The notes beneath the pieces are model-generated. The model saw nothing but the letters and a program-made list of their open reading frames with translations. It was not told where the DNA came from and searched no databases. Below are positions 30,482 through 40,724 of a stretch of 49,117 nucleotides of DNA, in pieces; the stretch's first letter is position 1, and every line of letters starts with the position of its first letter. The stretch lies in sequence record SRR31156797_472; one strand, given 5' to 3'. The translations under genes and the position numbers were made by a program.

Positions 30482-31469
30482 TAAATATCAAATATGTACA
30501 CAATGTGTGATGGATACAACTGATCCGTCTATAAAGTTTGATGATAAAGGTATTTGTGTACATTGTAACTGGTTTAAATCAAAAAATATACAACAATTAC
30601 CCTACCATGAACTACTCGAATATGTGCATAAAATAAAGGAGGAACAAAAAGGTTGCAAGTACCATGTGATACTCGGTATAAGTGGTGGAATTGATAGTTC
30701 ATATTTACTCTACTATTGTGTTGAAATATTAAAACTTAAACCTTTGGTAGTTCATTGCGATAATGGCTGGAATACGGAACAAGCAGTACACAATATAGAA
30801 TTACTTGTCAAAAAGCTCAATGTTGATTTACTTACTTATATAATTAACTGGGAAGAGTTTCGAGAACTTCAAAGAGCATTTTTCTATTCTAATCATATTG
30901 ATCTTGAAATGGTAACAGATCATGCTATGAATGCAATACAACAAATTATATGTAAAGAATACAATATTAAATATTCTGTAAGTGGACAAAACTATCAAAC
31001 AGAATCAATTCTCCCTAGAGATTGGGCACATGATAAAATGGATTTTAATTTAATTGAAAAAATAGCATATGAATATGGAACAAAAGAGTTTATAAGCTAT
31101 CCACACATAAAAGAAAAACTTATAGACATTAATTTTATTGCTCCTTTAAATTATATAGACTACAATAAAGAAAAAGCAAAAAGGTTTTTAAAAGACTTTT
31201 GTAACTGGCAAGAGTATGGAGGCAAACATTCAGAATCTATTTTTACTAAATTTTATCAGAATTATATTTTACCTAAAAAATTCAATATTGATAAAAGAAA
31301 AGCCCATTTATCTTCGATGATATTAGCCAATCAAATGACTAGAAGTAAAGCATTAGAGATTTTAAAACAACCAATCTATTCTCATGAAGAATTGAAAAAA
31401 GATAAACAATATATTTTAAAAAAATTAAAACTATCTAATGAATGGTTTGAAAATTATTTAAAGGAATAA
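30462..31469 (+). CDS. N-acetyl sugar amidotransferase (WbpG/WbuX-like), copy 2
   Basis: CTQCVMDTTDP...CVHC, SGGIDSS, DNGWN, TDHA, YGGKHSES, DKRKAHLS. The start may be ATG 30474. Confidence 0.88.
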   Translation: MDKNMSNKYQICTQCVMDTTDPSIKFDDKGICVHCNWFKSKNIQQLPYHELLEYVHKIKEEQKGCKYHVILGISGGIDSSYLLYYCVEILKLKPLVVHCDNGWNTEQAVHNIELLVKKLNVDLLTYIINWEEFRELQRAFFYSNHIDLEMVTDHAMNAIQQIICKEYNIKYSVSGQNYQTESILPRDWAHDKMDFNLIEKIAYEYGTKEFISYPHIKEKLIDINFIAPLNYIDYNKEKAKRFLKDFCNWQEYGGKHSESIFTKFYQNYILPKKFNIDKRKAHLSSMILANQMTRSKALEILKQPIYSHEELKKDKQYILKKLKLSNEWFENYLKE

Positions 31470-31470
31470 A

Positions 31471-32190
31471 ATGCAATGTATTATTTGTAAAAGTAAAATA
31501 AGTGATGTTATCGATACGGAAAAGCACTACTGGTATCAATGTGATAATTGTAAAAATGCATTTAGTAAAGAAAAAAATAAATGTGAAAACAAATCTGCAG
31601 TATATGATTATTTTACTAATTTTAAGCATATAAAAAAACAAGCATATATTTTTCAAGAATTTATGCTAGATACCGAGGATATATATGAAATATGCGATTT
31701 TAATTTTACTGATAAGCATATTTTAGATATTAGCGGTGGAAATGGGCATTTTGTTAAAAAATTCCAAAAACTAGGTGCAGTACCTTACCTTACAGAATAT
31801 AATGAAAAAGCCATAGAATATGCAAGTAATGTTTTAAAGATTCGTAGTTTTCACTTTGACTTTCAAGATGTAGACAAAACAATATTTCAAAAAAAATTTG
31901 ACCTTATATTATTAAGAAACGGCATGATGTTTTGCACAGATTTAAAATCATTTATTACAAAGTTGAGAGAGATAATGCACTCAAAAACAATATTAATTAT
32001 ACACGGTAGTTTAACTCCATCTCTGGACGCTTATAAAAGATTTGAAAATGATGATTATATTTATAAAGTATTATACGATAAAGACTATTTATACAATTAT
32101 TTTATAAACAATGGATTTGATATAATACAATTTGACTACAGAGATACCCTATCTGGAAATGTCAATTTTACATTAAGGTTAAAGGATTGA
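31471..32190 (+). CDS. Class I SAM methyltransferase with N-terminal Zn-ribbon
   Basis: CIIC...CDNC, LDISGGNG, FDLI. Confidence 0.75.
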   Translation: MQCIICKSKISDVIDTEKHYWYQCDNCKNAFSKEKNKCENKSAVYDYFTNFKHIKKQAYIFQEFMLDTEDIYEICDFNFTDKHILDISGGNGHFVKKFQKLGAVPYLTEYNEKAIEYASNVLKIRSFHFDFQDVDKTIFQKKFDLILLRNGMMFCTDLKSFITKLREIMHSKTILIIHGSLTPSLDAYKRFENDDYIYKVLYDKDYLYNYFINNGFDIIQFDYRDTLSGNVNFTLRLKD

Positions 32191-33149
32191 AAAAGTTTGC
32201 ATTAGTAGGTGTTGCCGGATATATAGCCCCTAGACATTTAAAAGCTATAAAAGAAACAGGAAATATACTTGATGTAGCATTAGATAAATGTGATAGTGTC
32301 GGTATTTTAGATAGTTTCTTCCCAAACTGCTCTTTTTTTACAGAATTTGAAAGATTTGATCGTTATGTTGATAAATTCAGAAACAGTGATAACAAAATTG
32401 ATTTTATCTCCATTTGTTCTCCTAATTATTTACACGATGCACATATCAGATTTACATTAAGAAGTGGAGCTAATGCTATTTGCGAAAAGCCCCTCGTACT
32501 CAATCCAAAAAATATACTAAAACTTATGGATATTGAGAAAGAAACCGGTAAAAAAATATATCCGATATTACAATTACGTCTTCATCAAGATATTATTAAT
32601 TTAAAGAAAAATACCATAGAACAACTAAAAAAAGATCCAGATAAAATATTTGACATTGATCTCACTTATATTACATCAAGAGGAAAATGGTATTATTATT
32701 CATGGAAAAATGATATTGTAAAATCAGGTGGTATTGCTACAAATATCGGTATACATTTTTTTGATATGCTTATTAACATCTTTGGTAATGTTAAAACAAA
32801 TATCGTTCATATTAGAGAAGATAATGTTACTGCAGGCTATTTAGAATTAGAGCATGCAAGAGTTAGATGGTTTCTCTCAATAGATGAAGCACATTTACCG
32901 GAAGTATGTTCTAAAAAAGGACAAAGAACATATAGAAGTATCACAGTAAATAATAAAGAAATAGAATTTTCAAACGGTTTTACCGATTTGCATACCTTAA
33001 GTTATGATGCCATTTTAAAAAATCAAGGCTTCAGTATCGAAGACACTTTATCTTCAATTACTTTAGTTTCTAAAATTAGAAATTGTGATATCGAACCATT
33101 AAAAAAAGGAGATGCCCATCACTTTTGTCAAAAGGTACTCAATGTATAA
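32187..33149 (+). CDS. wbpB: UDP-GlcNAcA 3-dehydrogenase (WbpB/WlbA, Gfo/Idh/MocA family)
   Basis: GVAGYIAPRHLKAI, CSPNYLHDAH, CEKPLV, LQLRLH, TSRGKWY, ATNIGIHFFD, GFTDLH. Confidence 0.9.
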   Translation: MKKFALVGVAGYIAPRHLKAIKETGNILDVALDKCDSVGILDSFFPNCSFFTEFERFDRYVDKFRNSDNKIDFISICSPNYLHDAHIRFTLRSGANAICEKPLVLNPKNILKLMDIEKETGKKIYPILQLRLHQDIINLKKNTIEQLKKDPDKIFDIDLTYITSRGKWYYYSWKNDIVKSGGIATNIGIHFFDMLINIFGNVKTNIVHIREDNVTAGYLELEHARVRWFLSIDEAHLPEVCSKKGQRTYRSITVNNKEIEFSNGFTDLHTLSYDAILKNQGFSIEDTLSSITLVSKIRNCDIEPLKKGDAHHFCQKVLNV

Positions 33150-33175
33150 AGTGCATCTAAATAGATACACTTTAT
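33146..33175 (+). terminator. Hairpin overlapping the wbpB stop (candidate terminator)
   Basis: ATAAAGTGCATCTA-AA-TAGATACACTTTAT; 13 of 14 bp complementary. Confidence 0.45.
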
Positions 33176-33262
33176 TGATATTTACCTTAATTTAATAAAT
33201 ATTTTATATAATATTTTAAGCAACATATTTGCTTTAATATAGATTATCAAAGGTCATACCTA

Positions 33263-33955
33263 ATGGAGTTAACAGAACAAGATTATGAAATATTTAAAAA
33301 AATAGAAAACTTAAGAGAAGAACAGGCATCAAAAGATATAATAATTTGTTCTATTGACTATGGAGCAGGTACACCTGATCATAACAGAACTCAAGAAGAG
33401 ATGTATGCCGGAACTAATTTTCAAATTTCATATTCAGAAGCAGCAAAAGTTGGATTAAAAGGGGATTATGTTCACTATATGTATTCCCTCATCAAGAAAT
33501 ATAAGCCAAAAAAACTATTAGAACTAGGTACTTGTTGTGGTTTTTCATCTTTATATATATCAAAAGCATTAGATGATTCCTCTGTTTTATACACAATAGA
33601 AGGGGCTGAAGAGCTTGCAAAAATAGCTATTGAAAATAGAAATAAACTTAATTGTAATAACGTAATTCAGGTAATAGGTCGTTTTCAAGATGTTTTGGAT
33701 GAAACTTTAGAAAAGATGCAATATGTTGACTTTGCTTTTATTGATGGACATCATGATGAACAAGCAACAATTAATTATTTTAATCAGATAAAGCCTTATT
33801 TGTCTTCAGAAGCAATTATAGTCTTTGATGATATCCGTTGGTCTAGAGGCATGAAAAAAGCATGGATGGATATAATTCAAGATACTCATATTAAAAAATA
33901 TATTGGATGGGGAAATATAGGAATTTGTTTCTTTAAATCTAGTAAAACCATTTAA
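33263..33955 (+). CDS. Class I SAM O-methyltransferase (Methyltransf_24-like)
   Basis: LELGTCCGFS, TIEG, FIDGHH, FDDIRWSRGM. Confidence 0.85.
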   Translation: MELTEQDYEIFKKIENLREEQASKDIIICSIDYGAGTPDHNRTQEEMYAGTNFQISYSEAAKVGLKGDYVHYMYSLIKKYKPKKLLELGTCCGFSSLYISKALDDSSVLYTIEGAEELAKIAIENRNKLNCNNVIQVIGRFQDVLDETLEKMQYVDFAFIDGHHDEQATINYFNQIKPYLSSEAIIVFDDIRWSRGMKKAWMDIIQDTHIKKYIGWGNIGICFFKSSKTI

Positions 33956-34063
33956 GTTTATTACTAAAATTGTAAATGTGTATTTAAATGAAGAATAATA
34001 ATTATAGAAGATCTCTGATTTACTTTTAAAAAACTATTATCCATTCACTAAAAAGGTATAAAT

Positions 34064-34780
34064 ATGTACAATGTTATTATATTTGGATATGACTTTCCTC
34101 ATAAAAAAAGTGAGGATTTTTTACATATATTAAAAAAACATGATATTCATGTTGTTGCATATTTAGCAGCAAAAAAGGTAGACCTAAAATTGCCTAAAAA
34201 AATTTATCTGAAAAATATCAATAATCCACCTATTTTTCATCCAAAAGAGCTTTGTGAGATTTATAATATACCCTACTATCAAGTTGAACATAATAGTAAT
34301 GAAACAATAGAAATAATTAATAGTGTTAATGGAAATATAGGAATTATTTCTGGTGCTAGAATATTAAAAGATTGTATTATAAATAATTTTAAATATGGAA
34401 TAATAAACTTTCATCCTGGCAAAATTCCTGAAGCAAGTGGCTTAGATGGATTATTTTGGAGTATATATAAAAACGTCCCATTGTTTATGACAACGCATTT
34501 TATAGATAAAAGGATTGATGCAGGTCTATTAATAAAAGAATGTAAAGTAGATTTTTATAAAGATGATAGAATAGAAGATATAAAACATAAAATTCATTTG
34601 ACTGAAAATAAAGAATTAATAACTTTGTGCCAAGAATTTTTAAAAGTGAATAAAGAAATAACGTGTCACAATATATCAAACTATAATAAAGCTAATATTC
34701 CAATGGATGAAATAATGCAAGAAAATGTATTGACGCAGTTTCTCTCTTCTTGGCTAATAAAGTATGGAAAAGATCTATAA
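34064..34780 (+). CDS. Formyltransferase family protein, copy 2
   Basis: INFHPG, THFIDKRIDAG (Asn/His/Asp catalytic residues). Confidence 0.75.
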   Translation: MYNVIIFGYDFPHKKSEDFLHILKKHDIHVVAYLAAKKVDLKLPKKIYLKNINNPPIFHPKELCEIYNIPYYQVEHNSNETIEIINSVNGNIGIISGARILKDCIINNFKYGIINFHPGKIPEASGLDGLFWSIYKNVPLFMTTHFIDKRIDAGLLIKECKVDFYKDDRIEDIKHKIHLTENKELITLCQEFLKVNKEITCHNISNYNKANIPMDEIMQENVLTQFLSSWLIKYGKDL

Positions 34781-35923
34781 ATGAAAATACTTCATATAGT
34801 TTATATAGGGATTAACGGTGGAACAAATATTTACCAAAAATATTTAAATTATTATAATATATTAAAAAAATTTGATGATGTTAATTATAAAATCATTTTT
34901 ATTTCACCAAGAGGCTACAATAATTTTGACAATATAAAAGATATTTATTTTATAAAAGGAAAATTTCTTAACTATAGATTCTCAGCTTTAAGAGTATGGG
35001 AAAATATATATACTGAACTAATAAAACGTATTGAAGATTTACAGCCAGATAATATAATTCTAAGAGTTGATATAATGTCAAAAAGAATTTCAAAGTTTGT
35101 TGAAAAATTTAATCCTATTTTAGAGTATCCCACTCCCCCTATAGAAGAAACAACAATTGATAAACCTCTTTACCATAAAATGTCTAATAAATATAATTTA
35201 AAAGCTATGAAGAAAGTTCCTTTTAATATCTTAGCTTATAATAATGGTTATTACAAAGATTTGAATAACTTGTATATCATGCATAATAGTGTGAATCTAG
35301 ATAATTATAAAAAGAAGAAGTTTAGACAATTTGATGGAAGTAATATTAGTTGTTTATTGATGTCATCAAAATATGGGAGATATGAGTATTCTGGATACGA
35401 TAGGTTTTTAATAGGTCTTGAAAAGTATCTTTTGAGAAATAAAAATATACAGTTTAAATTATATATTGGTGGAACAGATATAAATGGATTTAAAGAGATA
35501 TTAGAATTTTATAATTTAACTAATGTAAAGCAATATGTAGAAATAGTTTATTTAGGTTTTATCCCAATTAAACAGTTAAATACTATAATTGATGATATAG
35601 ATATTGGTATTAATGATTTAGGGGTTCATAGAAAAAATGGTGGTAAAGTTAATGCACTTAAAACACTGGACTTCATGGCCTGGGGATTACCGTCTGTTCT
35701 TGCACATGATGATTATGCATTGGATGGTAAAACCTTAATTAGCAAATGTTATTTAAAAGAAAGCTTTACTGATGAACCAATTAATATAGAAGAAGTAATA
35801 GATTTTATAGCAGTACAATCATCTACAAATATTGACTTATTAAGACAAGAAACAAATAATATGTCATTACGGAATAATTTAAATAACCTTATTCTGTACA
35901 TGAAAAGTGAAAACAATGTATAA
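34781..35923 (+). CDS. Putative glycosyltransferase (GT4-like)
   Basis: MKILHI start, GYDR, YLG, DIGINDLG.HR, LK..DF.AWGLP. Confidence 0.6.
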   Translation: MKILHIVYIGINGGTNIYQKYLNYYNILKKFDDVNYKIIFISPRGYNNFDNIKDIYFIKGKFLNYRFSALRVWENIYTELIKRIEDLQPDNIILRVDIMSKRISKFVEKFNPILEYPTPPIEETTIDKPLYHKMSNKYNLKAMKKVPFNILAYNNGYYKDLNNLYIMHNSVNLDNYKKKKFRQFDGSNISCLLMSSKYGRYEYSGYDRFLIGLEKYLLRNKNIQFKLYIGGTDINGFKEILEFYNLTNVKQYVEIVYLGFIPIKQLNTIIDDIDIGINDLGVHRKNGGKVNALKTLDFMAWGLPSVLAHDDYALDGKTLISKCYLKESFTDEPINIEEVIDFIAVQSSTNIDLLRQETNNMSLRNNLNNLILYMKSENNV

Positions 35924-36890
35924 AATAGAAGATATAAATTTTATGGTCTCCTTACACTGCCCGGGACAGTGTACCAATTGTAATATATGGCAATATGATA
36001 AAAATGAAATTACAAAAAATGAAATAGAGATTGAAGTATTTGAAAATATTTTTCAATCTAAATATCTAAATGAAACATCTCATTTTGATCTAACCGCAGG
36101 TGAATCTCAGCTTAGTACAAAATATGTTGATATTATAAAAACCATCATAAAATATAAACCAAAAATATTTATTCATACAAATATAAGTGGATGGTATCCC
36201 AAAAAACATTTTGAAGTTACAAAAGAAGCATTAAAATATATATCACCTAATAATTTAAGATTAGATATATCTTTGGATGGTAAAAAAGAGAATTATGAAA
36301 AAATAAGACTCGTTAAAAATGGTTATGAGAAAGTTCAAGAAACTATTCATTTATTAAAACCTTTGGGAATACAACTTAGAGTTGTTATGATAGTTTACAA
36401 AGAGAACTATCAGGATATTCCATGGTTTGTTGAGTTTGCAAAGAAAAATGGCATAGGATATTTTATAGGATATGCAAGAAATGCTGGTCTTTTACAGAAT
36501 CAAAATAAATCTTACGATTATACCAACGAAGAGTTAGTAGAAATTGAAAGCTTACTTAATAAAGTTAATTGGTTAGATAAAAGACGATTACCTAATTGGC
36601 TTTGGGCTAAATCAATATATCAACATAATATACCTTTATTTGATTGTTATATGGGACAAAGATCATTGGTAATTGATCCATATGGTAATGTTTTTCCATG
36701 TAATGAGTGTTTGGAATTTTTAAATATGGGTAATTTGAAAGATTTTGGTGGAGATTTAGATAGCTTATTAGAATCAAAGCAGGCGTTAAGTGTTATAGAA
36801 AAAGTAAAAACTAAAAAGTGTCAGCCTTGCGGAATGCTTTGTGCGAGTAAAGTAGAATTTCCTTGGGGTAAACAAGTGGGTATGCAATAA
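35916..36890 (+). CDS. Radical SAM protein with SPASM/twitch domain
   Basis: CPGQCTNC, TAGE, SLDG, CYMG...VFPC...CQPCGMLC. ATG 35916 (ORF track 35907). Confidence 0.85.
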   Translation: MYKIEDINFMVSLHCPGQCTNCNIWQYDKNEITKNEIEIEVFENIFQSKYLNETSHFDLTAGESQLSTKYVDIIKTIIKYKPKIFIHTNISGWYPKKHFEVTKEALKYISPNNLRLDISLDGKKENYEKIRLVKNGYEKVQETIHLLKPLGIQLRVVMIVYKENYQDIPWFVEFAKKNGIGYFIGYARNAGLLQNQNKSYDYTNEELVEIESLLNKVNWLDKRRLPNWLWAKSIYQHNIPLFDCYMGQRSLVIDPYGNVFPCNECLEFLNMGNLKDFGGDLDSLLESKQALSVIEKVKTKKCQPCGMLCASKVEFPWGKQVGMQ

Positions 36891-38590
36891 TGTGTGGAAT
36901 AGTAGGAACAAACTTTTTGACAAAAAATTTTGATAAAAGTATAGATTTACTAAAACATAGAGGTCCAGACAATCAATCAAGCATAATCTATACAAATAAT
37001 CAATTTCAAGGAAACTATGCTGAAGCTTGTTTTGGGCATACAAGACTTTCCATTATTGATCTTGATCGAGAAGCAAATCAGCCTATGGATTTTGATGATA
37101 TTATTATCACTTTTAACGGTGAAATATATAATTATAAAGAGTTAATTAAAAGTGAAAAGCTAGAGTGCAAAACAAAAAGTGATACAGAAGTGATAATAAG
37201 ACTCTATCAAAAATATAATATCAATTTTTTAAACAAATTAAACGGTATGTTTAGCTTTTGTATATATGATAAAAATCTAAATAGGTTTTTTTGTGCTAGG
37301 GATCGGTTTGGAAAGAAACCATTGTATTATTATAATAAAAATGGCAAATTTATCTATGCAAGTGAAATAAAATCTATTTTAAATCTTTTAGAGACACTTC
37401 CAACTTTAAATGAGTTGGCATTAAATGAATATCTTTCTTTTTGGGCACCTATAGGAAAAAATACTTTTTATAAAGATATAAATAAACTTCAAGCTGGTCA
37501 CTATTTATTATTAGAAAACAATCAACTTTTAATTAATAAATATTATGATATTGATGATATAAAAACTCTTCAAAATACTAAAGAAAAAACTTTAAAAGAT
37601 ATTGAACAGTTATTGGAAGATTCCGTTAAATTACGTTTAGTATCAGATGTAGATATCGCGGCACTTTTATCAGGAGGATTAGATTCTTCTTTTATATCAG
37701 CTTTATACTCCAAAATAAGTAAAAAAAAAATTGATACTTATTGTATAGGATATGATGAATATTTATATTATAGTGAATTAAATTATGCAAAAACAGTATC
37801 TACTCATATTAACTCAAATCATCATGAAATAATTATAGGGCAAAAAGAGTTTATAAACTCTATTGAAGATATGATATATCATCTTGATGAACCACTTGGG
37901 GATAGTGCATGTATACCTACGTATTTACTTTCAAACACTATTAGTAAAGATAAATTTAAAGTCGCTTTATCTGGTGAAGGAAGTGATGAAGTGTTTTTTG
38001 GATATGACAAATATTTTCAACTATTAGACAAAAACACAGAATTTCAACCTATAAACACCACTCTACTCTTAGAAGATAAAAAAAAGTTACTACAAAATTT
38101 TAAAAATATAGATTTGAATTTTTTAGATAAATATGAGCAAAAAGACAAACAACTTTCATATATGGATTTCAAAATATGGATAGCTGAAGTTTTAATGACA
38201 AAAGTTGATAAAATGTCTATGGCAAATTCACTTGAGATTAGAACACCTTTTTTAGATTATAACTTAGTTGAATATCTATTTAGTGTAGATAGTAAGTTAA
38301 GAGTAGGTAAAACAAATAAACAACTATTAAAAGATATCGCTACAAAATATCTCCCTAAAGAAATAGTAAATAGACAAAAAAAAGGCTTTAGCTCCCCTTT
38401 TAATGAATGGCTCCATAAAGAATACAAAGATGAAATACAAAAACAAATAATAAGGGTAAATAAGCAAACAAATTTTTTCAATGAAGATTATATAAAGTTT
38501 TTATATAATGAATCAAAAGAGAATAGATACAAACAACATATATGGAATATTTTTAATTTTTCAAAATGGTTTGAAAAGGTATATTTATGA
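36890..38590 (+). CDS. asnB: Asparagine synthase-like glutamine amidotransferase (WbpS-like, probably sugar carboxamidation)
   Basis: MCGI, HRGPD, FNGEIYN, RDRFGKKP, LSGGLDSS, GEGSDE, RTPFLD. Confidence 0.9.
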   Translation: MCGIVGTNFLTKNFDKSIDLLKHRGPDNQSSIIYTNNQFQGNYAEACFGHTRLSIIDLDREANQPMDFDDIIITFNGEIYNYKELIKSEKLECKTKSDTEVIIRLYQKYNINFLNKLNGMFSFCIYDKNLNRFFCARDRFGKKPLYYYNKNGKFIYASEIKSILNLLETLPTLNELALNEYLSFWAPIGKNTFYKDINKLQAGHYLLLENNQLLINKYYDIDDIKTLQNTKEKTLKDIEQLLEDSVKLRLVSDVDIAALLSGGLDSSFISALYSKISKKKIDTYCIGYDEYLYYSELNYAKTVSTHINSNHHEIIIGQKEFINSIEDMIYHLDEPLGDSACIPTYLLSNTISKDKFKVALSGEGSDEVFFGYDKYFQLLDKNTEFQPINTTLLLEDKKKLLQNFKNIDLNFLDKYEQKDKQLSYMDFKIWIAEVLMTKVDKMSMANSLEIRTPFLDYNLVEYLFSVDSKLRVGKTNKQLLKDIATKYLPKEIVNRQKKGFSSPFNEWLHKEYKDEIQKQIIRVNKQTNFFNEDYIKFLYNESKENRYKQHIWNIFNFSKWFEKVYL

Positions 38591-39603
38591 ATAAAAAAGT
38601 GATATGGTTTGATTTAGGAACACCTAAACAAGTGATGTTTTTTGAACCTATTATTAAAGAACTGCACAACAATTTTGAGATTTTAATAACATCAAGAGGA
38701 GATGAAAAATATACAGAGGCGAATGCATTATTAGATCGAAAAGGATTGCCATATCATTCTTTTGGTACACATGGGGGAAAAGATTTAAAAAGTAAATTGG
38801 ATTGTGCTTTATATCGCCAAAAGTGTTTAAATGAATTTATACAAGATTATACTATAGATAGATTAGTGAGTTTATCTAGTATTGATGGTAGTAGAGTTGC
38901 TTTTGGAAATGGGATTAAAGTTATTAGTTTTAATGATTTTCCAACAGGAAAAGATGATAAAATTACTCATGCAGCAAAGTTATCTTTACCTTTAGCAGAT
39001 AAAGTATTTTACCCATTTTATATACCTAAAGAGATTTTTAGTAGATATTGCGATAATATAATTGAGTATGATTTTTTAGACCCTGTAGTATATCTTCAAA
39101 ATCAAGAAAAAGAAAGAAGCTTTTTTGAAAACCTAAAACTTGATAAAAATAAGAAAACTATTCTTTTTAGAGAAGAGGAGCATAAAGCTGCTTATGTGGA
39201 TGAAAAAACAAGTTTTGCACATACTGTTTTAAAATCCACGGATTATAATTTGATCATCATTCCAAGATATGAAATAGAACCATTAAAAAAAGAGTTTCCA
39301 GAGGCTATTATAATTAAAGAGAAAATTGAACTATCATATCTTTTACCTTATGTTGACCTTTTTATTGGAGGAGGAGGAACCATAAATATAGAAGCTGTTT
39401 ATTGGAATACTCCTGTTGTATCCACAAGAAGTTTTTTATGTTTTTATGATAGATATTTAGTAGATAAAGGATATTTACATTGGGCAACAAATGAAAATGA
39501 GTTAAAAGAACTTATTGAAAAACATATTGGTACAAAGATTGTAAACAATATAAATAGAGAAGTTAATCTTAAAAAACTATGTGAAGAAATCCTTAAAGAT
39601 TAA
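38587..39603 (+). CDS. DUF354 family GT-B protein
   Basis: IWFDLGTPKQV.FF, FREEE.KAAY, GGGGTINIEA. Confidence 0.8.
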   Translation: MNKKVIWFDLGTPKQVMFFEPIIKELHNNFEILITSRGDEKYTEANALLDRKGLPYHSFGTHGGKDLKSKLDCALYRQKCLNEFIQDYTIDRLVSLSSIDGSRVAFGNGIKVISFNDFPTGKDDKITHAAKLSLPLADKVFYPFYIPKEIFSRYCDNIIEYDFLDPVVYLQNQEKERSFFENLKLDKNKKTILFREEEHKAAYVDEKTSFAHTVLKSTDYNLIIIPRYEIEPLKKEFPEAIIIKEKIELSYLLPYVDLFIGGGGTINIEAVYWNTPVVSTRSFLCFYDRYLVDKGYLHWATNENELKELIEKHIGTKIVNNINREVNLKKLCEEILKD

Positions 39604-39606
39604 TTT

Positions 39607-39615
39607 TGTTAGAAT
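39607..39615 (+). promoter_or_regulatory. Extended -10 promoter upstream of gnnB-like gene
   Basis: TGTTAGAAT (TGnTAnAAT), 26 nt before the ATG, preceded by a TTAAAG A/T tract. Confidence 0.55.
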
Positions 39616-39641
39616 ATAGAGTTTAATAAAAAGAAGAATAA

Positions 39642-40724
39642 ATGAATTTTATAGATTTACAAAAACAATACCAACAATACAAAAATGAGATAGATGATAA
39701 TATTGCAGACGTCTTATCTAGTTCTTCTTATATAGGTGGAGAACAAATTTCAAAACTTGAAACAACATTGGCAAACTATGTTGGAGTAAAGCATTGTATA
39801 GCTTGTAGTAGTGGAACAGATGCCTTAGTTCTATCACTTTTAGCTCTAAATATCAAACCTAATGATGAGATTATAACAACCACTTTTACTTTTATTGCAA
39901 CAGCAGAAATTATTGCATTTTTAGGTGCAAAGCCAGTTTTTGTAGATATAGATGAAAAAACTTATAATATTGATACAACACAAATAGAATCTAAAATTAC
40001 AGATAAAACAAAAGCTATTATTCCAGTTTCTTTATTTGGGCAAATTGCAGATATGGATAGAATTAATCAAATAGCAAAAAAATATAACCTTTATGTAATA
40101 GAAGATGCTGCACAAAGCTTTGGTGCAATGTATAAAGATCAAAAGTCTTGTTCTTTAACAGATATCGCAACAACTAGTTTTTTCCCTGCTAAACCATTAG
40201 GTTGCTATGGAGATGGAGGAGCAGTATTTTTAAATGATGATAATTTAGCAAATGATATAAGAGTGTTTCTTAACCATGGACAAACAGAAAAATATATACA
40301 TTCAAAAATTGGAATAAATGGAAGATTAGATTCAATTCAAGCAGCAGTTTTAAATGTAAAAATAAAATATTATGATAAAGAGATTGAGATAAGACAAGAA
40401 ATAGCAAAAAAATATAATGAAACTCTAAAAAATGTTATTGTTCCGACACTTTTAGAAGATTCTAAAAGTGTATGGGCACAATACTGTATACGAGTAAAAG
40501 ATAGAGAAAGCTTTATCAAAAAACTAAATTCTAAAAATATACCAAATGCCATATATTATCCTGTACCTATGCATCTACAACCAGTCTTTAAAGATTTAGG
40601 ATATAAAGAGGGTGACTTCCCTATTTCAGAAAAAATCTCAAAAGATATAATAGCACTTCCTTTTTCTGCTTTTTTAACAAAAAAGGATCAAGATATAGTA
40701 ATAAAAGGTGTTAATGATGAATAA
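39642..40724 (+). CDS. gnnB: DegT-family 3-aminotransferase (GnnB/WbpE-like)
   Basis: MNFIDL..QY, SSGTDAL, EDAAQSFGA, TSFFPAKPLGCYGDGG, NGRLD; directly upstream of a Gfo/Idh/MocA gene. Confidence 0.75.
   Translation: MNFIDLQKQYQQYKNEIDDNIADVLSSSSYIGGEQISKLETTLANYVGVKHCIACSSGTDALVLSLLALNIKPNDEIITTTFTFIATAEIIAFLGAKPVFVDIDEKTYNIDTTQIESKITDKTKAIIPVSLFGQIADMDRINQIAKKYNLYVIEDAAQSFGAMYKDQKSCSLTDIATTSFFPAKPLGCYGDGGAVFLNDDNLANDIRVFLNHGQTEKYIHSKIGINGRLDSIQAAVLNVKIKYYDKEIEIRQEIAKKYNETLKNVIVPTLLEDSKSVWAQYCIRVKDRESFIKKLNSKNIPNAIYYPVPMHLQPVFKDLGYKEGDFPISEKISKDIIALPFSAFLTKKDQDIVIKGVNDE

Noticed and set aside
12302-36890. Radical SAM/SPASM and AsnB genes as a RiPP or lasso peptide cluster
   Set aside because: No precursor peptide, RRE domain, peptidase or exporter; the context is nucleotide-sugar metabolism
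37721-37730. A10 run in asnB as a phase-variation tract
   Set aside because: In frame (Lys codons) and expected in AT-rich DNA; Campylobacterota contingency tracts are typically longer G/C runs
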